From assembly GCA_963804955.1 (NCBI GenBank), contig CAWDSQ010000018.1, positions 1 through 24,212 on the forward strand: a DNA stretch of 24,212 bases, read 5' to 3'. Below are positions 19,578-24,212 of this stretch, piece by piece (within the stretch, counting starts at the first letter, position 1; each line of letters starts with the position of its first letter). Made by a program: the position numbers and the translations under genes. The DNA is from an uncultured delta proteobacterium. GTDB taxonomy: Bacteria > Desulfobacterota > WTBG01 > CAIYCZ01 > CAIRTM01. Under the pieces are notes generated by a model. The model did not search any database. It was not told the origin of the DNA and saw only the letters and a list, made by a program, of their open reading frames with translations.

Positions 19578-19607
19578 AGTATAGGCGAAGACCGGCCCGG
19601 GTGTCAA
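19578..19607 (-). promoter_or_regulatory. Near-consensus sigma70 promoter of the kinase-reductase unit
   Basis: Minus strand TTGACA (19607-19602) -N18- TATACT (19583-19578), 43 nt upstream of ATG 19534. Confidence 0.7.
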
Positions 19608-19627
19608 CGGAAATGCCTCGCAGGCCG

Positions 19628-20560
19628 TCAGCCCTGAGCAAGGATGTTGACAAGAGAATTGATCTTCTGCCGCGCATCATCCAGAAAAACGCGCAGGTTG
19701 CTGCTGTGGCTGGCAAATATGCCGCTTTTGCCCCCATTGGTGACCACCAGCGGGTCAAAGGCGGTTTCCTCAAGGGAGGAAATAATTTCCGCTATGATGA
19801 TATCGGCGTTTTTGTCTTTTAAAACCTGCGCAAAATCAACCCGGACGGCTTTAAACATCTGATATAAGCCATAACCCACGCCGCGGGCAAAATAAAAATT
19901 ATCGTCGATTTTCAGCCACGGCACCCGTGTATACCGGGGCATACCTGAAGTCGCAGAGGCATTGTCAGGGGTGGTCGATTGCGTGCGCGAGGCATTCAGC
20001 AGGCGCGTATTCACCCCGCCCAGCAGCGAGGCATACTGCTCCAGCAGCTGAATGAGATTGTCGCTGCGGGGATAAAAATATGCGCTTCCGGATTCAAGAT
20101 GCAGTTGGTAGTTTTCAAGGCGACCGATGCCCTCTTGATATTTGCTTTCGGCGCTCGGAAATATCCATTTCAAAGGATCATTGCTGAAGCTTGTGAAGGC
20201 CTTGTCGCAATCGGCATCGATTGAGTCGGTGCTGCGCTGGCGCGACAGGCCGTCGCGCAGCACGCGGGTATTGTAGCGAACCACTTCGAGCACGCCAAGC
20301 TGAAAATTCTGCTTATTGTCAAGCAGCCAGGTGGGCGACAGGGCCGTATCATTGGGCAGCCAGCCGCCGCTGCTGATGGTGAGCTCATTGTCCATCAGGC
20401 TGATCGTCGTATTGATAAAAGCTATGCCCGGCGGCGAACCGGTCTTTTTATCAACAGTAAAATAATCGGGCAGCAGCGAAAAGTAGAGCATATTGAGGAT
20501 ATACAGAAGCACAATGGCTGTGCCCACACTCAGAGCAATAATGGTTTTTTTCTCCAGCAT
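19628..20560 (-). CDS. DUF2333 family protein
   Basis: N-terminal TM; GGWLPND, WLLDNKQNFQLGVL, SRQRSTDSID, WIFPSAESKYQEG, FYPRSDNL, VPWLKIDDNFYFARG. Confidence 0.8.
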   Translation of the reverse strand: MLEKKTIIALSVGTAIVLLYILNMLYFSLLPDYFTVDKKTGSPPGIAFINTTISLMDNELTISSGGWLPNDTALSPTWLLDNKQNFQLGVLEVVRYNTRVLRDGLSRQRSTDSIDADCDKAFTSFSNDPLKWIFPSAESKYQEGIGRLENYQLHLESGSAYFYPRSDNLIQLLEQYASLLGGVNTRLLNASRTQSTTPDNASATSGMPRYTRVPWLKIDDNFYFARGVGYGLYQMFKAVRVDFAQVLKDKNADIIIAEIISSLEETAFDPLVVTNGGKSGIFASHSSNLRVFLDDARQKINSLVNILAQG

Positions 20561-20750
20561 GCCTGGCTCCCTGAATGGGTTTATTGAGGTTTACCTAGAG
20601 TAAGTATATATAACAAAAAATAATCATTCAAGCCTTTTAACAAAAGACCGGCAGCTATTGTCCGGCAGCGCCCTTTCTATCTTATGTTGCCCCGCAGCAG
20701 GCTTCTGTGATAGCCTCGTTGCCGGTGTTTCAGAGGCAGGGGTTAAAATC

Positions 20751-21884
20751 ATGCAGACCGTAGACAGCGTTATTATCGGCGGCGGCGTCGTAGGGCTAGC
20801 CGTTGCCGCTGAACTGGCCCGGAGGTTCCCTGGCCGGTCAGTTGCGCTGCTTGAGCGCAATACCGCATGCGGGCAGGAAACCTCAAGCCGTTCCAGCGAA
20901 GTAATCCATGCCGGCATCTACTATGCCCGCGGCTCTCTCAGGGCGCGGCTCTGCGTGGAGGGAAAAAACCTGCTCTATCATTTCTGCCGGCGCTGGAATG
21001 TTCCCCACCGCCGTATCGGCAAGCTGATTGTCGCCAAAAGCCCTGAAGAAGCCGCAACACTCGATGACCTGATGAACTGCGGCATGCTCAATGGCGTTGA
21101 CGATCTGGAGCTTCTTGACCGAAGACAGGTGCAGGCCCTGGAGCCCCATGTGGAGGCCATAAGCGCTCTATGGTCGCCCTCAACCGGCATTATCGACTCC
21201 CACGGCCTTACGGCCAGGCTTGCCTGGCGCGCTGCTCTGAGCAGGGCGCGACTGTTGCATGCCGCCATGAGGTTTTCGGCATCGACAAGGCAGCCGATGG
21301 GTATGATGTATATTTCCTCTGCCCGGATTCGGCGCAGGACCTCCTGCGCTGCTCCTGGGTTGTCAACTGCGCAGGCCTCGGCGCCGAGCGCATTGCGGCA
21401 TCCGCCGGCATTGATAGTGCTGCGGCAGGCTACCGGCTCTATTACTGCAAAGGTGAATATTTTCGCATACCCCCGTCAAAGGGGCAGCTTGTCAGCCATC
21501 TTGTCTACCCGCCGCCGTACAAGGATCTGCTGGGCCTTGGCATTCATGTGACAAAATCACTTGACGGCATGACAAAGCTCGGGCCCAATGCCTTCTATGT
21601 TGACGGGCTTGACTATGATGTCGACGATCCGGGCCATGCCCGGGAATTTTACGACGGCGTAAAGGACTATCTGCCGTTTCTCTCGCATGACGACCTGCAG
21701 CCGGATACCGCGGGCATACGGCCCAAGCTGCAGGCGCCCCGGCACTCCGGCCAGGGACTTTGTCATCCGCCATGAGGCTGATAAGGGGCTTCCGGGCTTC
21801 ATTAACCTCATCGGCATCGAGTCGCCGGGCCTCACTTCATGCCTTGCCATCGGAAACATGGTGGCTGATATGATTGAACTCTAA
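20751..21884 (+). CDS. FAD-dependent oxidoreductase, L-2-hydroxyglutarate oxidase (LhgO)-like; frameshifts ~21250 and ~21740
   Basis: [77 protein letters not shown]. Confidence 0.88.
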
Positions 21885-21895
21885 GGATGCATGCA

Positions 21896-22731
21896 ATGTT
21901 TGTCCTGCCTCCAGGATACGAGCTGATAACGAAAGGCCGCACGTCCATTGCCCTGCACGAGCGCTACCGCGACTGCCTGCTCGGCCAGGGAATTGACGAT
22001 CCGGAGGGCCTCTGGCTGCCGATCCGCAGCAGTGGCCCTCCGGCAGGGGAGCCGTACCTTCACTGCCTGTAAACGGGTTCCCGGGTGAGCGCATGATGGC
22101 ACGGCGGTATCTGCGCGGCGGGCTTCTACGGTTCATCAACCGCGACCTGTATCTTGACGGAGAGCGGTCCTTTGATGAACTTGCCATAACCGCTGAGGCC
22201 GCGCGCAGCGGCATCCCCACGGTGGAGGTTCTTGCCGCGGTCAGCATCAAAGCGGCAGTCCCGCTCTACCGCTGCTTTCTTTTTACCAGAGAGCTGCCCG
22301 GCTGCATCGATCTGCCCGCCTATCTGCGGGGCCGCGCAGCAGCAACAGGTTTTTCGGAGGATAAAAAGGCCGTGCTTGAACGCGCAGCTGCTGCCGTCAG
22401 GCTCATGCACGACCATGGATTTTTTCATGCTGATCTGAACATGAAAAACATTCTCGTCGATGCAGCCAGGCCGGAAAGCCTCTACATCATCGACTGGGAC
22501 AAGTCGCAGCGCCTTGACCTGCTGAGCGATGCCCTGCGCATGGCAAACATAGTTCGCTTCGGCAGGTCCATGATAAAGCTTGCAGGCAAGGGTGTGCCCG
22601 TGTATGAAGAAGACACTCAACTGTTCCTGCGCGCCTATCGCGACGACGGGCAGTTTGTGAAGACCTGCAGGGAGCAGCTGTTGCGCAGCGTTTCAGTTCG
22701 CAAAAATTTTTGGAAAGTATTGGGCGAATAA
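21896..22731 (+). CDS. Kdo kinase / LPS kinase (KdkA/InaA-like); frameshifted ~22010-22090
   Basis: RRYLRGGLLRFINRDLY, RSFDEL, HADLNMKNILVD, YIIDWDKS; the N-terminus is in ORF 21887..22072. Confidence 0.75.
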
Positions 22732-22734
22732 ATT

Positions 22735-24212
22735 ATGGGAACTATACAGGTCCTCTCAGAAATTGTTGCCAATAAAATTGCCGCGGGCGAAGTTGTCGAG
22801 CGCCCCGCGTCCATAGTGAAGGAACTGGTTGAAAACTCGCTTGACGCCGGAGCGCGGACCATCGCTGTATGGGTGGGCTATGGCGGCAAGGGGCTTATCC
22901 GGATAAAAGATGACGGTTGCGGCATGGACGCCGACAATATTGCCGAACCTGCCTGCTGCGGCATGCCACCAGCAAAATCACCGATGCCGATGATATTGAG
23001 CGCATCGCCACACTGGGCTTCCGGGGCGAAGCCCTGCCGAGCATCGCATCGGTATCGCGCCTCACGCTCATCACCCGCAGGCCCTGCGATGACGCCGCAA
23101 CCATTATTAAAAGCTCAGGCGGCGTTGTCGAGTCTGTAAGCCAGTGCGTAGCGGAGCCCGGCACAACACTGGAGGTTGCGGATCTTTTTTTCAATACTCC
23201 TGCCCGCCGGAAATTTTTGAAATCCGACCCGGCAGAATACAATGCCATTGCCGAGATATTCATGACCATCTGCCTTTCCCGCAGCGACGTCTCCTTTACC
23301 CTGCGCCGCAACAATGACATTGTTGCCGACTACCCGGCATGCCCGGGCCTTCTTGAGCGCATCGGCCAGCTGTATTCGCCCGACGTTTTCGAAAAGCTGT
23401 ACCGCGTCACCATCGACAAAACCGATTTCAAACTTGATGGCTATGTAAGCGCCCCCGACACCACGCGCGTAAACCGCACCGGGCAGAAGTTCTTCATCAA
23501 TGGCAGACCGGTGCAGTCTGCGGGTCTCAGCATGGCCCTTACCCGCTGGTATCGCGAGTTTCTGCCCCGGGGCCGTTTTCCTGTTGCCTTTCTCTTTCTC
23601 GGCATCCCGCACGATTTTGTCGATGTGAATGTGCATCCTGCCAAGCGCGAGGTGCGGCTGCGGACGGAAGACTATTTCAGGATCTTATTGTGCGGGCAAT
23701 AAAAAAGGAGCTGCATGGCAAAGGTTTTTTTCTTGAAGTACCCTCCAGCCGCATGCCCAGGATTTGCTGCGCGAACACGCAGTGGACGGTCGCCCTTGTT
23801 CCGTTTCAACTTGCTGCGGGAGGACTCGACGACCTGGCTGATACAGGAAAAAACAACTGTTCCCGCAGGAGAAGGCGCCTGGAGCAGCAGACCCCGGCTG
23901 CCATCCTGCTCGAAGAGGCCATCAGCCGTCAGCGCGCCGACGCTCGGTGGGTTTTCCGTTCGACTCGGTCAGGGTGACCGGCCAGGTGCTGGGCATGTAT
24001 ATTATTGCTGAAAAAGACGGAGAGATTGCCGTGTTTGACCAGCATGCGGCACATGAGCGGATTTTGTACGAAGAGCTGCTGGCCTCTCTGAAGCAGAGTA
24101 CGGGTGCGGCACAGAAAATGATTTTCCCGGTCACGCTGCATCTGGGCATACAGGAAGGGCCTATCATGGAGGGCGCCGTTGGCTACTTTCAGCAGCTCGG
24201 CTTCGGCATAAA
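22735..24212 (+). CDS. mutL: DNA mismatch repair protein MutL (runs off window; several frameshifts)
   Basis: [76 protein letters not shown], and endonuclease motif [12 protein letters not shown] from 24037. Confidence 0.95.

Overview
Bacterial chromosomal window, probably from a deltaproteobacterial/Desulfobacterota-like genome (inferred from gene content, low confidence). Many genes carry single-base indels, often at homopolymers, which are most likely assembly errors. Left to right: a MoxR/Bat-type operon (BatD-like fragment, moxR, DUF58, TPR-parvulin PPIase, BatD/DUF4381-like lipoprotein, batA, batB); convergent ABC-F uup; YecA-like gene; a PIN toxin with an internal stop plus a small partner; a secreted BspA-type LRR protein; a family-3 solute-binding protein; TerC; a secreted hypothetical; a sensor-less histidine kinase next to a CoA-disulfide/persulfide reductase-rhodanese; DUF2333; then an LhgO-like oxidase, a Kdo-kinase-like gene and partial mutL. 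No rRNA, tRNA, CRISPR array or transposase gene was seen. Top candidates: (1) the kinase and reductase are one base from a single fused ORF behind a near-consensus promoter, suggesting a redox/persulfide-sensing kinase; (2) Tyr/Cys-rich CDR-like loops inserted at equivalent positions of the LRR protein; (3) 9-nt tandem-inverted hairpin arrays at the Bat operon junctions; (4) a GTAG REP doublet read in frame inside a lipoprotein signal peptide.
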